Below are positions 1-14,065 of a stretch of DNA of 64,000 nucleotides, piece by piece; position 1 is the first letter of the stretch, and the number at the start of each line of letters is the position of its first letter. The translations under genes and the position numbers were made by a program. Source of the stretch: Octopus vulgaris (lineage: Eukaryota); contig OX597833.1 in NCBI GenBank assembly GCA_951406725.2, positions 1,426,001 through 1,490,000 of the forward strand, read 5' to 3'. The notes under the pieces are model-generated. The model ran no database searches and was not told the origin of the DNA. It was given only the letters and a program-made list of their open reading frames with translations.

Positions 1-824
1 TGTATTATATATATCGACAAATATCATAGAGTACATAAAACAGATTTCTGTAGTATAAAGAAAACTTTCATGTTTGTAAATACAAAAAAATTCTCACTAT
101 ATATAATATATTAAGTAACAAATATTCATTATGCGCACACATTTATAACCATGTACGTATACACGTCTATGTATCTTTATGTATATACATATGTATATAT
201 ATATATTTATACATATATATTGCGATAAATATGTATATATATATATATGTCCATATATATATAGATATGTGTATATACTTTTGTGTATGTATGTATAGAT
301 ATACATTTACTATACATACATTCACCTATAAAAGCTTTAGTATACATTCTTACTTTGGGTGAATAAAGTTGTTTTTCTTGCACATAATATTTTCTTCTGT
401 CAAACATTCATGATATCCATATCAAAACAAGAGAATCGGTAAATACGATAAGAACATTAAGAATATATGAATAAGAACCATGTACACCCAAAAATAAATA
501 CATATTATACACACACACACACGCGCCCGCATATACGTGTGTGTCTATGTGTGTGTATGCAGGTGCGTATGTATATGTGAATGGGTGAAAGTTTGTTTAG
601 GAAATATATTTTGGATACTGGAATCACGTCACTCACATCTGACAGTAAGTAAAGAGAGTTTTTCGCTTCTCATGTCATTCAATGTTTGGCCAGGTTTTGG
701 CAAAGAATATCTTGATTTTGTTTTGCAGAGTTATCTCGTCTTATATTTTGAATTCTTCAATACACACTAGCAGTAAAAATTAAACACATACAAAAAAAAA
801 AATAATAAATAAGATAAAATAGAT

Positions 825-1240
825 TGGCGCAGGAGTGGCTGTGTGGTAAGTAGCTTGTTTACCAACCACATGGTTCCGGGTTCAGTCCCACTGCGTGGCA
901 CCTTAGGTAAGTGTCTTCTACTATAGCCTCAGGCCGACCAAAGGCTTGTGAGTGGATTTGGCAGACGGAAACTGAAAGAAGTCCGTCGTATATATGTATA
1001 TATATATATGTATGTGTGCATGTATGTTTGTGTGTCTGTGTATGTCCCCCTAGCATTGCTTGACAACCGATGCTGGTGTGTGTATGTCCCTGTCACTTAG
1101 CGGTTCGGCAAAAGAGACCGATAGAAATAAGTACTGGGCTTACAAAAGAGTAAGTCCCGGGGTCGAGTTGCTCGACCAAAGGCGGTGCTCCAGCATGGCC
1201 GCAGTCAAATGACTGAAACAAGTAAAAGAGTAAAGAGTAA
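825..1240 (+). mobile_element. tRNA-derived SINE family A (CORE-like domain, internal TA/TG microsatellite), full length
   Basis: Head GGCGCAGGAGTGGCTGTGTGGTAAG (A box) and GGTTCAGTCCC (B box), CORE-like CACCTTAGGTAAGTGTCTTCT, tail (AAGAGTA)n. Near-identical copies recur through the window. Confidence 0.9.
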
Positions 1241-1382
1241 AATAAAGCAAACAAACATCACGTGCGTACGCATATAGTAGCACCGTTATGTATGTTTATG
1301 TCTACTGTAGTTACTTCTAGTTCTGGTAGTTGTTATCCAAGTCGGTTTTAGTCCCATTGCTGGCCATCTTGGGCATCTTCGG

Positions 1383-1990
1383 ACGGACGAAATACCTATT
1401 TCTTTACTACCCGCAAGGGGCTACACACAGAGGGGGCAAACAAGGACAGACAAGCGGATTAAGTCGATTATATCGACCCCAGTGCGAAATGATGAAAGGC
1501 AAAGTCAACGTCACGGAATTTGAACTCAGAACGTAAAGACAGACGAAATACCTATTTCTTTACTACCCACGAGGGGCTAAACACAGAGGAGACAAACAAG
1601 GACAGACAAACGGGTTAAGTCGACTATATCGACCCCAATGCGTAACTGGTACTTATTTATCGACCCCGAAAGGATGAAAGGCAAAGTCGACCTCAGCGGA
1701 ATTTGAACTCACAACGTTGCGCCAGACGTAATACCGCTAAGAATTTCGCCCGGCGTGCTAACGTTTCTGCCAGTTCACCACCTTGATCTCAAGACATAAA
1801 CATTTCTACTATAGACACAAGGCCCGAAATTTTGTGGGAGAGAGCAAGTTGATTACATCGACCCCAGTGAGTAACTGGTATTTATTTCATCGATCCTGAA
1901 AAGATGAAAGACAAAGTCGACCTCCGCGGAATTTGAACTCAGAACACTAAACATTTTGCTTGACGTGGTAACTATTCTGCCAGCTCGTGA
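1383..1990 (-). mobile_element. SINE family B (Meta-domain-like) cluster, partly tandem
   Basis: Repeated reverse complement of GTTCAAATTCCGCCGAGGTCGACTTTGCCTTTCATCCTTTCGGGGTCGATAAA, head at about 1785. Confidence 0.85.
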
Positions 1991-2120
1991 TCTTAATCTC
2001 AGGAAATAATAATGAGAAGTTCACACTATCCGTGTGTGTGTATGCGTGTATGTGTTTGTGTGCCTTTGTGCGTCTCTATGCGCGCACATTGACTGAAAAA
2101 AAACGTATCCATCTATATTT

Positions 2121-2520
2121 AAGGCGGCGAGCTGGCAGAATCGTTAGCACGCCGGGTGAAATGCTTAGCGGTATTTCATCTGCCGTTACGTTCTGAGTAA
2201 CTGGTACACTGGGGTCGATGTAATCGACGTATCCCTTTGTTTGTCCAGGTATTTCGTCTGTCTTTACGTTCTGAGTTCAAATTCCACCGACATCGACTTT
2301 GCCTTTCATCCTTTCGGGATCGATAAATTAAGTACCAGTTACGCACTGGGGACGATCTAATCGACTGTCTCCCTCCTCCAAAATTTAGTGCCTTGTGCCT
2401 GCGGCTAGCTGGCAGAAACTTTAGCAGTATTTCGTCTGTCTTTACGTTCTGAGTTCACATTCCACCGAGGTCGACTTTGCCTTTTATACTTTCGGGGTCG
2501 ATAAATTAAGCACCAGATGT
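2121..2520 (+). mobile_element. SINE family B fragments
   Basis: AGGCGGCGAGCTGGCAGAATCGTTAGCACGCCGGG head plus two GTTCAAATTCC...GGGTCGATAAATTAAG bodies. Confidence 0.85.
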
Positions 2521-2896
2521 CTAGAGTAGAAAAGAATATCTGTCTATATTGCTTTTATCTTTCTTATATAATCCAAAGATTTCGGAAATACAAAGTTTTA
2601 GTTTATTCGCTTACTTTTACGTCTCACATGTAAAGCAACAGTAAATAGAAACTTTACAAGACACATAATTACATAAGACCAAGCTAGTCTTTGGAGAGTA
2701 AAGGTGACTCCTTCAACTCAAATTATTTCTCGTGTCTATATGGGTTCGTTTAGGGCTTTCGGAATGCAGTGCTGTCAGAGTCGATGCAACATTTCATTCG
2801 TCAACGGACGAAGATAGAAGCAAGTGTTAAGTACCGAGTCGGACGAAGTTGGTTACATAATCTCTAGCAGAACGACTGCGCTTCAAAAAGGAAGAC

Positions 2897-3054
<158 letters not shown>

Positions 3055-3267
3055 GGTTGTCTATCTGCTTGTGTCTCTCTCTCAGTCTGTCTGTCTATGT
3101 ATGTATGTATGAATCAATCTATCTTTCGGTAGCTGATACAGAAGTGGATCTCCAGTCCTACATATCCCACATGCAGTGTTAAATGGATGTATACACTCAC
3201 ACACACACAGACACACATACATATATACATACATATATAGAGAGATAGATACGCTCCCCCCTCTCTC

Positions 3268-3329
<62 letters not shown>

Positions 3330-3707
3330 CGCACACATATATGAATATAAAAGATCGATATCATTTCTAAAAATAGTGGCCGTATATATTCATATGTATT
3401 TGTATTAAAAGTAGGTATACATTTATGGGAAAACGAAAACACGTACAATACTCATTTATTTTTATCAAACAAATTAAAGGTTAAGATAAAAGTATTATTT
3501 TAGTTATGAAAAATGTACTTGTTATGATCAATGACACTGCACTCAAAGTATTCTAGCGCTCAAAGTATTCGAACTTAAACTCCGATGTCTTTTCGAGGGA
3601 TCAAATTTGCAGGGTAAATAGTGACTATGAGAAGGATCAAGGTGAACAGATATGGAGGCAAAGATTATAATTTAATGTGCTAATAATTTTAATGAATTAA
3701 TTATAAC

Positions 3708-4339
3708 TACGGAGATGTACTTGCTTAGCAAGTGAGCTGATCTGAGATCGTGTGCTGGAACGAAAACAATTGCAGCGTGGAAGGTGTTTATAAGCCATTT
3801 AAGAAACACACAAAATCCGTTAGATTCACTTCAACATTTAAATCTAACTAGCAGTATCGCCCGGCGTTGCTCGGGTTTGTAAGGGAAATAACTATATAAG
3901 CATTTTTAGAGATGTAAAGTATAATAGCCATCTCAATATGGCTAACCACAAAGGGGGGGTTACTACAGTTTTTTACGTTCTGAGATTTAATAATACATTT
4001 TTAGAGAGTTACTTCCCTTATATATGCCAAAAATGCATTAAAAATGGGAAAAATTGATGGTAACTTTTTTTTAATCGTAGACTCATCGTAGACGCGCGCT
4101 AATACCCAGAAGGGCTCGATATGAATCACGACTATAAGATACCCGGTTTTGGTTAAACTGCACCGCAAAATGTGGGAGTAGTTAGGAATCCAAATCGTAG
4201 GAGACAGACAGCACACAACCTCACTTTTATATATAAAGATTTGCCAGAATATTTTCGTCTCTTTGAAACCGTCACCTGATCAGTGACAAAATTCCATGCT
4301 GCACGGGATTTTATCAGTAATCAGGTCCACGCTGCAATT
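3708..4339 (-). mobile_element. Penelope-like pLTR mini-element with HHR-like motif, split by a Helitron
   Basis: Homologous to 43470-43718. ATTATAAC is duplicated at 3700-3707 and 4340-4347 (candidate TSD). HHR-like motif at 4241-4289(-). Confidence 0.7.
3848..4239 (-). mobile_element. Non-autonomous Helitron
   Basis: Minus strand starts TCTTTATATATAAAAG and ends with hairpin CCCGAGCAACGCCGGG, 8 nt, CTAG. It sits between A3847 and T4240 with no TSD. The empty site is reconstructed from the sibling copy at about 43538-43570. Confidence 0.9.
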
Positions 4340-4405
4340 ATTATAACATTCATGTGACACTTACTGTATACCTACTTTTGCGCCCCGTGTATGTATGCTT
4401 GTATA

Positions 4406-4639
4406 CTCTTACTCTTTTACTCTTTTACTTGTTTCAGTTATTTGACTGCGGCCATGCTGGAGCACCGCCTTTAGTCGAGCAAATCGACGCCGGGACTTAT
4501 TCTTTGTAAGCCCAGTACTTGTTCTATCGGTCTCTTTTTTCCGAACCGCTAAGTGACGGGGACGTAAACACACCAGCATCGGTTGTCAAGCAATGCTAGG
4601 GGGACAAACACAGACACACAAACACACACACACACATAC

Positions 4640-4711
<72 letters not shown>

Positions 4712-5068
4712 ATATAACGGGAAGCTTTATGAAAATAAACAAAAGACGAAGTCAGGTGGAATACAAACAAACAATTGCATTAGTATGGCGCTCAGGAATA
4801 TAAATAAAACAAGTCTTTTACGTTTCGAGCCTACGCTCTTCAGCAGAAAGATCCACAGAAAAGAAACACGGAGAGAAACAAGAAGAGAATACATATATAT
4901 ACATATATACGACAGGCTTCTTTCAGTTTCCGTCTACCAAATCCACTCACAAGGCTTTGGTCGGCCCGGGGCTATAGCAGAAGACACTTGCCCAAGATGC
5001 CACGCAGTGGGACTGAACCCGGAACCATGTGGTTGGTTAGAAAGCTACTTACCACACAGCCACTCCTG
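4406..5068 (-). mobile_element. SINE family A, interrupted in its TA tract by an HHR mini-element
   Basis: Reverse complement of 825-1240 with an extra insert at 4717-4890. Confidence 0.9.
4814..4851 (-). ncRNA. Minimal type I hammerhead-like motif (A6-variant family, copy 1; element about 4717-4890)
   Basis: TCTTT-CTGCTGA-A-GAGC gtag GCTC-GAAA-CG-TA-AAAGA. Confidence 0.6.
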
Positions 5069-5416
5069 TATGTATGTATATGCGTCTGTCAGTGCGTGGG
5101 TGTATGATGCATGTGTTTCTTTATAAAGAAATGGATGTGAAAAAAACAATCAAAGTTGGATAGAATATTAGAATTTATTTAAAAGACGTTAATAATTTAG
5201 ATGATGCAATCAGAGATTTACACTTGTAACAACGCATCCAATTGATACTGTTACGAATATTATGTAATTAAGTGTAAACCTTATATTGCAAATTACAAAT
5301 GCATAGGATATATCAACATATATATACCGTAAATACAGACAGACACATCTACCCCCACGCACATATGTATATAAGTACATTTATACATTTATGTGTAAAT
5401 GTGCATGTATGTATGC

Positions 5417-5489
<73 letters not shown>

Positions 5490-5508
5490 CGTATATGTAA
5501 ATACACCT

Positions 5509-5555
<47 letters not shown>

Positions 5556-5808
5556 TATGTGGGCACAGGACGTCACGAAACTTGTACAACAAAAAAGCAC
5601 GAGTACATGGAACATGAATTATTCTCTCGATCAACGAAAGACACAAATAGAAAATAAAACAAACAACATAAAGAACCACCCATCATCAGTCGTTGGCTGT
5701 TTTTCTAGTCTCGTATTTCGAGCATTTAAAACAAGATACACTTTCAATAAAACAGTTGCTCCCGCAAAGCAAAGCAAATTAAATAGAATTTGGGATTTTG
5801 CGGAGCGT

Positions 5809-5844
<36 letters not shown>

Positions 5845-6032
5845 GGATAAGATCGTTAATTTAAAAAATAAAATAATAATTTTATCAAGTGGTCAGTATG
5901 GAAAAGATAACGTTCAAAGTTAATAATTATTAAAATTATAAATTAGCGTATCTACGAGATACTACCATGCTGAAAATAGCAGCCATGATCTGACTCTAAA
6001 ACCACCTTAATTGTCCATATATCATATATAAA

Positions 6033-6116
<84 letters not shown>

Positions 6117-6473
6117 TTGTGTGTGTGTGTATGTGTGTGTGTATATATGTATACTAACATTGGTAATTTTATTGCCGATTAGTTGGCGCCATACGCATAA
6201 CTTTGGTGATGAGGATTAATAAGATTGGAATATGATCGACGTTGGCGTCATACTTAATGAGGATTAGACCTGCTCCTGCAACATGACATCAATCAATTGG
6301 AAATAACGTAAGTCAAAGAGTCGTTTCCATTGTTATTCTTTGAAGGAAGATCTAACTTCTTAAACTTTTACAAATTCTATAATTTTAATCAAATAAAATT
6401 CATCAATTTTATTGATGTGATACGATTTTTTTTCTCCAAATGACGCGAAGTATATATAATTCAATTAGTAACA

Positions 6474-6526
<53 letters not shown>

Positions 6527-7323
6527 TACCAAAATGTTTTTAAGTAGAAAAAATTCGGCGGAAAGCCTTGAAATTTTCCGATCCAAGGGGATTATTCACC
6601 ACCCAATGTTTATTACTTATATTTTTGATATGAGCAGTAGAATCCATTTCCAAAACTGATTTATTTATTTATTTATTCAGTAAATTGCTACATTAAAACA
6701 AGAGTATCAATTAAATAATCTAGAATATTTATCCATGAATATACAATTCAAACAATTCGTTACTACGTCAAATTATTTGTCATCTAACACAGTAAAAACA
6801 TGGCAGCCATAATGAATTACGCTCGATGGAATGTAGTTAAGGAGATTGCAATTTTCCATTTCTAATGTACTGCAAAATTTAGGTGACAAGGAGCGCAGAG
6901 GAAGTATTTCAATATGTTCGGTATGATTAATAACTTTTAATTATGTAATATGCTTTTGTGTAGGTGAAATCGAGTGACTACAAGCACTGGAAATTTTGTT
7001 TCATTAAATATGTGTGGGAATAGTACAGTTCTTGTTTTTCATCATCCTTTCATCCATTTTCTCTCCTTCCTTTGCACACACACACACACACGCATACACA
7101 GACACACAAACACACGCAGATGTATTTATTTATTTATGTGTGTGTGTGTGTTAATATTCATTTTATTACTGGTTCTTCAACGACACTATATCGAAGCAAA
7201 GATTAACTACAATGTATCGCAAACTCACGATGGCTTGCCAGGCCGAAACGTTAGCAACCCGGGCGAAATGCTTAGCGGTATTTCGTCTTTCTTTACGTTC
7301 TGAGTTCAAATTCCGCCGAGGTC

Positions 7324-7375
<52 letters not shown>

Positions 7376-7386
7376 GTTTAGAAGAA

Positions 7387-7710
7387 GGAGCACTCCGTCG
7401 GTTACGACGACGACGGGCCCAGCTTATACGATCAGCAAAACAGCTTACTCGTGAAATTAACGTGGAAATGGCTGAGCAATTCTCAGACATTTGTACCCCT
7501 AACGTAGTTCTTAGGGAAATTAAGCGTGACACAGAGTGTGAAAAGACTGGCCCTTTGAAATACAGGTGCAACTCATTTTTGCCAGCTGCGTAGACTGGAG
7601 CAACGTGAAATAAAGTGTCGTGCTCAAGGACACAACGCGTCACCGGAAATTGAACTCACGACCTTACAATCGTGATCCAAATGCTCTAACCACTTAGCCA
7701 CGCGCCTTCA
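7387..7710 (-). mobile_element. SINE family C (tRNA head, CORE-like domain, family-C 3' part)
   Basis: Minus-strand head GAAGGCGCGTGGCTAAGTGGTTAG...GAGTTCAATTTCC, CORE-like TCCTTGAGCACGACACTTTATTTCAC. The 3' part is shared with 41660-41835. Confidence 0.85.
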
Positions 7711-8023
7711 CGGTAGTCGAGGAAAAGAAAGACAATGAATTATACTTCGGGTTAAACGGGTACAAGAGCCCGTTTCGATCTTAAAGCAAAAAATCTATAT
7801 CTACTGCAATCTTAAGCAACGTTACACCGTAGCATAAATTCACAACTTTTAGCGTCTATTTCTAGCGCGTAGAGAGGCCAATATCCAATCTCCTGTTATA
7901 ATTATGTATATAATTATTAAAATATTTGCTGTTATTTTTTTACATACAAAACTATCAACATGGTTCGAATATTTCGAGCAATGTTCACATAGTCACCAGA
8001 TTGAAACATGTGTAATTATGCAT

Positions 8024-8349
8024 ACTCTTTTACTTGTTTTAGTAATTTGACTGCGGCCATCCTGGAGCACCACCTTTAGTCGAGCAAATCGACCCCGGGA
8101 CTTATTCTTTGTAAGCCCAGTACTTATTTTCTCAGTCTCTTTTTGCCGAACCGCTAAGTGACGGGGACGTAAGCACACCAGCATCAGTTGTCAAGCAATG
8201 CTAGGGGGACAAACACAGACACAAAAATTTACACACACACTTATATATATATATACATATATACGACAGGCTTCTTTCAGTTTCCGTCTACCAAATCCAC
8301 TCACAAGCCATTGGTCGGCCCGGGGCCATAGCAGAAGACACTTGCCCAT
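8024..8349 (-). mobile_element. SINE family A, 5'-truncated
   Basis: Matches family A from GGGCAAGTGTCTTCT to the tail. Confidence 0.88.
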
Positions 8350-8529
8350 GCGTTATAGTATGCACATTGAAATTTTATTGGTATTAAACTATTTGTATTT
8401 TCATATTATGATACAAATAAAATGAGTATCCACAATAATATTTTTTCTCCTTTTTGTTATAGCGCATACACACACACACACACACAAACACTCGCACACA
8501 CTCACACACATATATTTATATATATGTAT

Positions 8530-8730
8530 AGTGGGTTAGGGCTGCGGGTTCGCGGTCGTGGGATCCTAGTTTCGATTCCCAGAACGGGCATTGTGAGTGT
8601 TTATTGAGTGTTTCTGTTCTACCCGTATTTGAAAGGGGTAGCCTTGTCACACTCTGTGTCACGCTGAATCACCCCGAGAACTACATTAAGGATACACGTG
8701 TCTGTGGAGTGCTCAGCCACTTGAATGTTA
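8530..8730 (+). mobile_element. SINE family C variant, internally deleted
   Basis: Similar to 41470-41835. Confidence 0.75.
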
Positions 8731-9120
8731 CATACATACATACATACCTACAGACAGATATACAAACAAAAATACCTTGTTTTTGATGTTGAAATTCCAG
8801 TGAATGAACCTCGGATCTAGGTTCGATACTGGCTCTTTCCCTGTTGGCAAGAAATCTTGAAATAAAACTGAACAATAATATACATAGGTATGTACGTATA
8901 TCCTGTATGTATGTATGTATTATGTATTATGTATGTACATATGACTGTATGTTTGTATGTATGTATGTGTGTGTATGTATGTATGTATGTATGTATGTAT
9001 GTATGGGCATAATTTGTGAATTCTAACTCAAATTGTTCTTCAAAATATATTTCTCTCTTCTATTGCCTCCAAAACTGCTTTAGAATGAAAACGTAACACA
9101 CGCATGCTTGCACAAACACA

Positions 9121-9183
<63 letters not shown>

Positions 9184-9824
9184 TCTCTCTCTCTCTCACT
9201 CTCTCTCTCTCTCTCTCTCTGTTTCTCTCACTCTCTCACCTTCATATACGCTCACATATGTTTGCCGTTATATATACAAAGTCATCAATTTGTTTCTAAT
9301 GAGGAATAAGTGTACATCTATGTTTCATACGTATCGGGAGACTTCACCGATATGCCAGTTGTTGGTTATATCTTACATACAAAAGGAAATCTCTAAATCT
9401 GTTCCTATTATCAAAGAAAATAGAAAACTAAATATAGAAATACTACGGAAATGTAAAGCAAATGTAGTCTCAATAGGGGCTCCATTTTGATGCCTGTTAT
9501 AGCCCCCTGCTAGCTTTATTTTAAATTATTAAAGGAATAAAGCCGCTCTCTCTTCGCTCTCATTTTCTGTCCGACTTTTCGTTAATGGAATTAATGAAAC
9601 ATGAAATATTTTTGAAGAGAATCTACAAGATAGTAAATGGAATTCTAAATGGTCATAAATATATATGAAAAATGACAATGTGAATGAAGGGAAAATATAT
9701 ATAATATATATTATTTATAATATTTAGATCTCGTTTGACGCTAGTTCAGATGTTGTCACGTTTTGTAAGTAGCTGTCTCTGCATATATATAAGAGTATTC
9801 AAGTTAATTTAATTAGAACAGGCA

Positions 9825-9902
<78 letters not shown>

Positions 9903-9931
9903 CCTACCTACCTATCTATCTATCTATTTAT

Positions 9932-10017
<86 letters not shown>

Positions 10018-10019
10018 CG

Positions 10020-10100
<81 letters not shown>
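9825..10100. repeat. Compound (TATC)n/(TC)n/(TA)n microsatellite
   Basis: Directly visible. Confidence 0.95.
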
Positions 10101-10101
<1 letters not shown>

Positions 10102-10273
10102 GTATGTAGATTTACATTGTATGCCTATACATGTAATAATACATATATTAATGTATACACATATCTATGCCTTTTTTTGAATGTATGTATGTATGATTGT
10201 ATGTATGTATGTATGTATATATGTATAAACAGTATATATATATATATATATATATTTAAAGTTTAGGTATATG

Positions 10274-10342
<69 letters not shown>

Positions 10343-11389
10343 ACATGCATACGCACATTCATTGATGTTAATTCATAGGTTGGCGTTGGAGGGAGATTAC
10401 TGAGGTATGTAGAAAGGTATGAGAGAAGATAGAGGGAGCTCGACAGATGGGGTTTGAGTCAGTAGTCACCGCAGTAGTAGTCATGAGTCCCTTGACAACC
10501 AATGCTGGTATGTTTATGTCCCATTAACTTAGCGGTTTGGCAAAAAAGACAACAGAGAATAAGTACTAGGCTTACAAAGAATAGGTCCTGGGATCGATTT
10601 GTTCGACTAATTGCGGTACTCCAGCGTGGCCGCAGTCAAATGGCCGAAACAAAAAAAAAACAGAATGAAAGAATAAAGGAATATACATACGTGCCCCAGC
10701 ATGGCCACAGCTCGTGAGCTGAAACTAGATAGAAAAAGATAAAATAAAAATAAAAAAATAAAATAAAAAATACATATTAAAGGCGGTGCTCCAGCATGGC
10801 CCCAGTCAAATGACTGAAACAAGTAAAAGAGTAATATACAGATAAAGGGTGAAATATAATTAATTTAATAAAATCAACAAATTTCACCAAGTATTGTTTC
10901 GGTATGGAAAAGGACCATATTCGGTAAAAGTTTATATAATTATAACAAAGAGGGTCTTTGCAACGAGTTGCAAGACCACATACCGAAAGTATTAGAAATA
11001 GCAACCAAAGGACTTTTATTTCTTTTACTACAAAAATATGTCTCTACAGACAGCAGCGTTTGCAACTTACTATGTGGCAAAAAAAGAAGAAAAATAACGA
11101 AATCAAAGAGTCCACGGACAATTATGGACGTACGTTTCTGGATTAGAATCAAAGATTCATTTCTTTCATCAACATAAAATTCCGGTACATAAATCTAGAA
11201 ATGCTAGGAAATCTTACCCTCCATATTTCCGACCAGGCGACATCGGAGCATACAGAAGCTAATCAGCATATCCACATTTATATAGACAAGTGAATTCGTA
11301 TCTCCCTCCAGAATTTTTTTCACACGTGAGTTACAAATACATACATATATATATATGTGTGTGTGTGTATGAATGTACGTATGTACGTA

Positions 11390-11476
<87 letters not shown>

Positions 11477-11649
11477 ATATATATATATATTCTCAAATCT
11501 TCAGAAACTGTACCAAGGAGTGCAGTAAGAATCCGTTGCGTTTGTGCTCATTTCGAACAGACCAGTGGGGTGACATCTGTCTCTTTCTGGATCCATCTCG
11601 AACCGGGGGTGCTCTTCACTAGCATCGCCATGCTACCAGCTTTTAATAA

Positions 11650-11880
11650 TCGAGCTGGCAGAAACGTTAGCACGCCGGGCGAAATGCATAGCCGTATTTC
11701 GTCTGTCGTTCTGAGTCGAGTTCAAATTCCGCCGAGGTCGACTTTGCCTTTCATCCTTCCGGGGATCGATTAAATAAGTACCAGTTACGCACTGGGGTCG
11801 ATGTAATCGACTTAATCCGTTTGTCTGTCCTTGTTTGTCCTCTCTATGTTTTAGCCCCTTGTGGGTAGTAAAGAAATAAA
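11650..11880 (+). mobile_element. SINE family B, near full length
   Basis: GAGCTGGCAGAAACGTTAG head, B box GTTCAAATTCC, tail TAAAGAAATAA. Confidence 0.88.
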
Positions 11881-11999
11881 TAATACTGATGAAGCTAGCA
11901 GACGGCGGCGTTGGCGGCGGTAGTAGTGGTGGCGGTGATGATGAAGATGACGATGACGTTGGCTGATGATGACGACGATTTGAGATGACGATGACCAAG

Positions 12000-12242
12000 A
12001 ATTACAATGATGATGATGATGATGATTACGGCGATATTGATGACGGCGATGGTGATGACAACAATGATGAATACGACGTTGAGCCACGATGATGACGATC
12101 ATCATCATCATCATCATCATCATCATCGTCGTCATCATCATCATCATCATCGTCATCGCCGTCATCATCGTCATCAACATCATCGTCGTCGTCATCGTCA
12201 TCATCATCATCATCATCATCGTCATCATTGTCATCATCATTG

Positions 12243-12274
<32 letters not shown>

Positions 12275-12350
12275 GTCATCGTCATCATCGACATCATTGT
12301 CATCATCATCATCATCATCATCATCATCGTCATCATCGTCATCATCGTCG

Positions 12351-12382
<32 letters not shown>

Positions 12383-12391
12383 GTCATCATC

Positions 12392-12423
<32 letters not shown>

Positions 12424-12473
12424 CATCGTCATCATCATCGTCATCATCATCATCATCATCATCATCGTCATCG

Positions 12474-12529
<56 letters not shown>

Positions 12530-12533
12530 GTCG

Positions 12534-12568
<35 letters not shown>

Positions 12569-12590
12569 GTCATCATTGTCATCATCATTG

Positions 12591-12622
<32 letters not shown>

Positions 12623-12724
12623 GTCATCGTCATCATCGACATCATTGTCATCATCATCATCAGCATCATCATCATCGTCATCATCGACATCATTGTCATC
12701 ATCGTCGTCATCATCATCATCATC

Positions 12725-12756
<32 letters not shown>

Positions 12757-12806
12757 CATCGTCATCATCATCGTCATCATCATCATCATCATCATCATCG
12801 TCATCG

Positions 12807-12862
<56 letters not shown>

Positions 12863-12875
12863 GTCATCATCATTG

Positions 12876-12907
<32 letters not shown>

Positions 12908-12932
12908 GTCATCGTCATCATCGACATCATTG

Positions 12933-12973
<41 letters not shown>

Positions 12974-13050
12974 GTCGTCATCATCATCATCACCATCATC
13001 ATCGTCATCGTCGTCATCATCATCGTGTTCATTCATCGTCATCGTCATAA
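12000..13050. repeat. About 1 kb (CAT)n trinucleotide array with CGT/TGT/CGA variants
   Basis: Directly visible. It accounts for the poly-M/H/D/I/S ORFs. Confidence 0.98.
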
Positions 13051-13695
13051 CGATGATGTGCTCTGAATAGCGCGTGCATTCACTGCTGTCTAAATTAACG
13101 TCTGCTTTGTGAACCGTGTCCCCAATTATTTGGGCAAAAACAAGAAAATGAAAAGCTTCCTCTGTTAAAACTTCTGAAAGCAGAGAATAGAATTACACCA
13201 TCATACTTTCTATTTTCAAACGTTAGCAACACCTCAAACCGCCGCCATTCCTTCGCTACACCATACTAACATACAAAAGATATAATTAACAACATTGTTA
13301 TTAGCCTTATTGTTTCTTCCCCGATTTTGTTGTTTGTGAAGTGTTTTTGTTTCATTTTTATTCTTTCTTTCGTTTTTATCAGTCTTGCGTCATGTTTTTT
13401 TAATTTTGTTTGCCGTGTTTTTCTTACAGAATTATTTATTTCTTTACATTTTTAGCGTAGTTTTTTGTCTGGTAGTTGTTTTTTGGTTGTCTTTCTTTGT
13501 TTCCAGACTTTCGTCTGTATTCTTTTTTGTTCCTAGTTTGTTTTTGATTTTGTTATTTTTTTGTATATATATCGTTACTTATTTTGTACGTTTTTTTTTT
13601 CTTCTAATATCTATTTTCACTTGGCTTTATACTCTTTCATTGTTCCTCTGAATTTTCAATTTTCTCCCTGTCTCTGTGTGTCGGTTTGTCTATCC

Positions 13696-13752
<57 letters not shown>

Positions 13753-13838
13753 TACATATTTATACCCGTATATTTATAAACATTCGTGTATATATATATA
13801 TTATATGCATATGTATAGTATACATACATTCTTATATC

Positions 13839-13873
<35 letters not shown>

Positions 13874-14011
13874 GTTCATTCATATATACATATATATGTT
13901 TATACCTATATATATGAAGACACACACACACACATATATATATATGCATATATATACATATATATATTTGTATGCACATATACGTACACACAAGGATATA
14001 ATACATACATA

Positions 14012-14065
<54 letters not shown>

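Larger units (their letters stand above)
3407..4390. mobile_element. Non-autonomous TIR element (Tc1/mariner-like) hosting nested insertions
   Basis: Perfect 15-bp inverted repeat AAAAGTAGGTATACA (3407-3421) / TGTATACCTACTTTT (4365-4379). The right end finishes in ...CCCCGTGTA. Confidence 0.55.

Noticed and set aside
825-900. tRNA genes at SINE heads
   Set aside because: A and B boxes are present, but they are fused to SINE bodies and no complete cloverleaf is evident
4593-5126. Recurrent ...IHSQGFGRPGAIAEDTCPRCHAVGLNPEPCGW peptide ORFs
   Set aside because: Antisense translation of SINE A, not a gene family
10860-11010. Hammerhead in a pLTR-like fragment carrying the TAGAAATAGCAACCAAA motif
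   Set aside because: The core reads CCGAATA with no clear stem III or UH. Too degenerate to call, though the fragment likely belongs to the same class.
11851-13070. Long poly-M/H/D/I/S ORFs
   Set aside because: Translations of the (CAT)n microsatellite with no complex coding flanks
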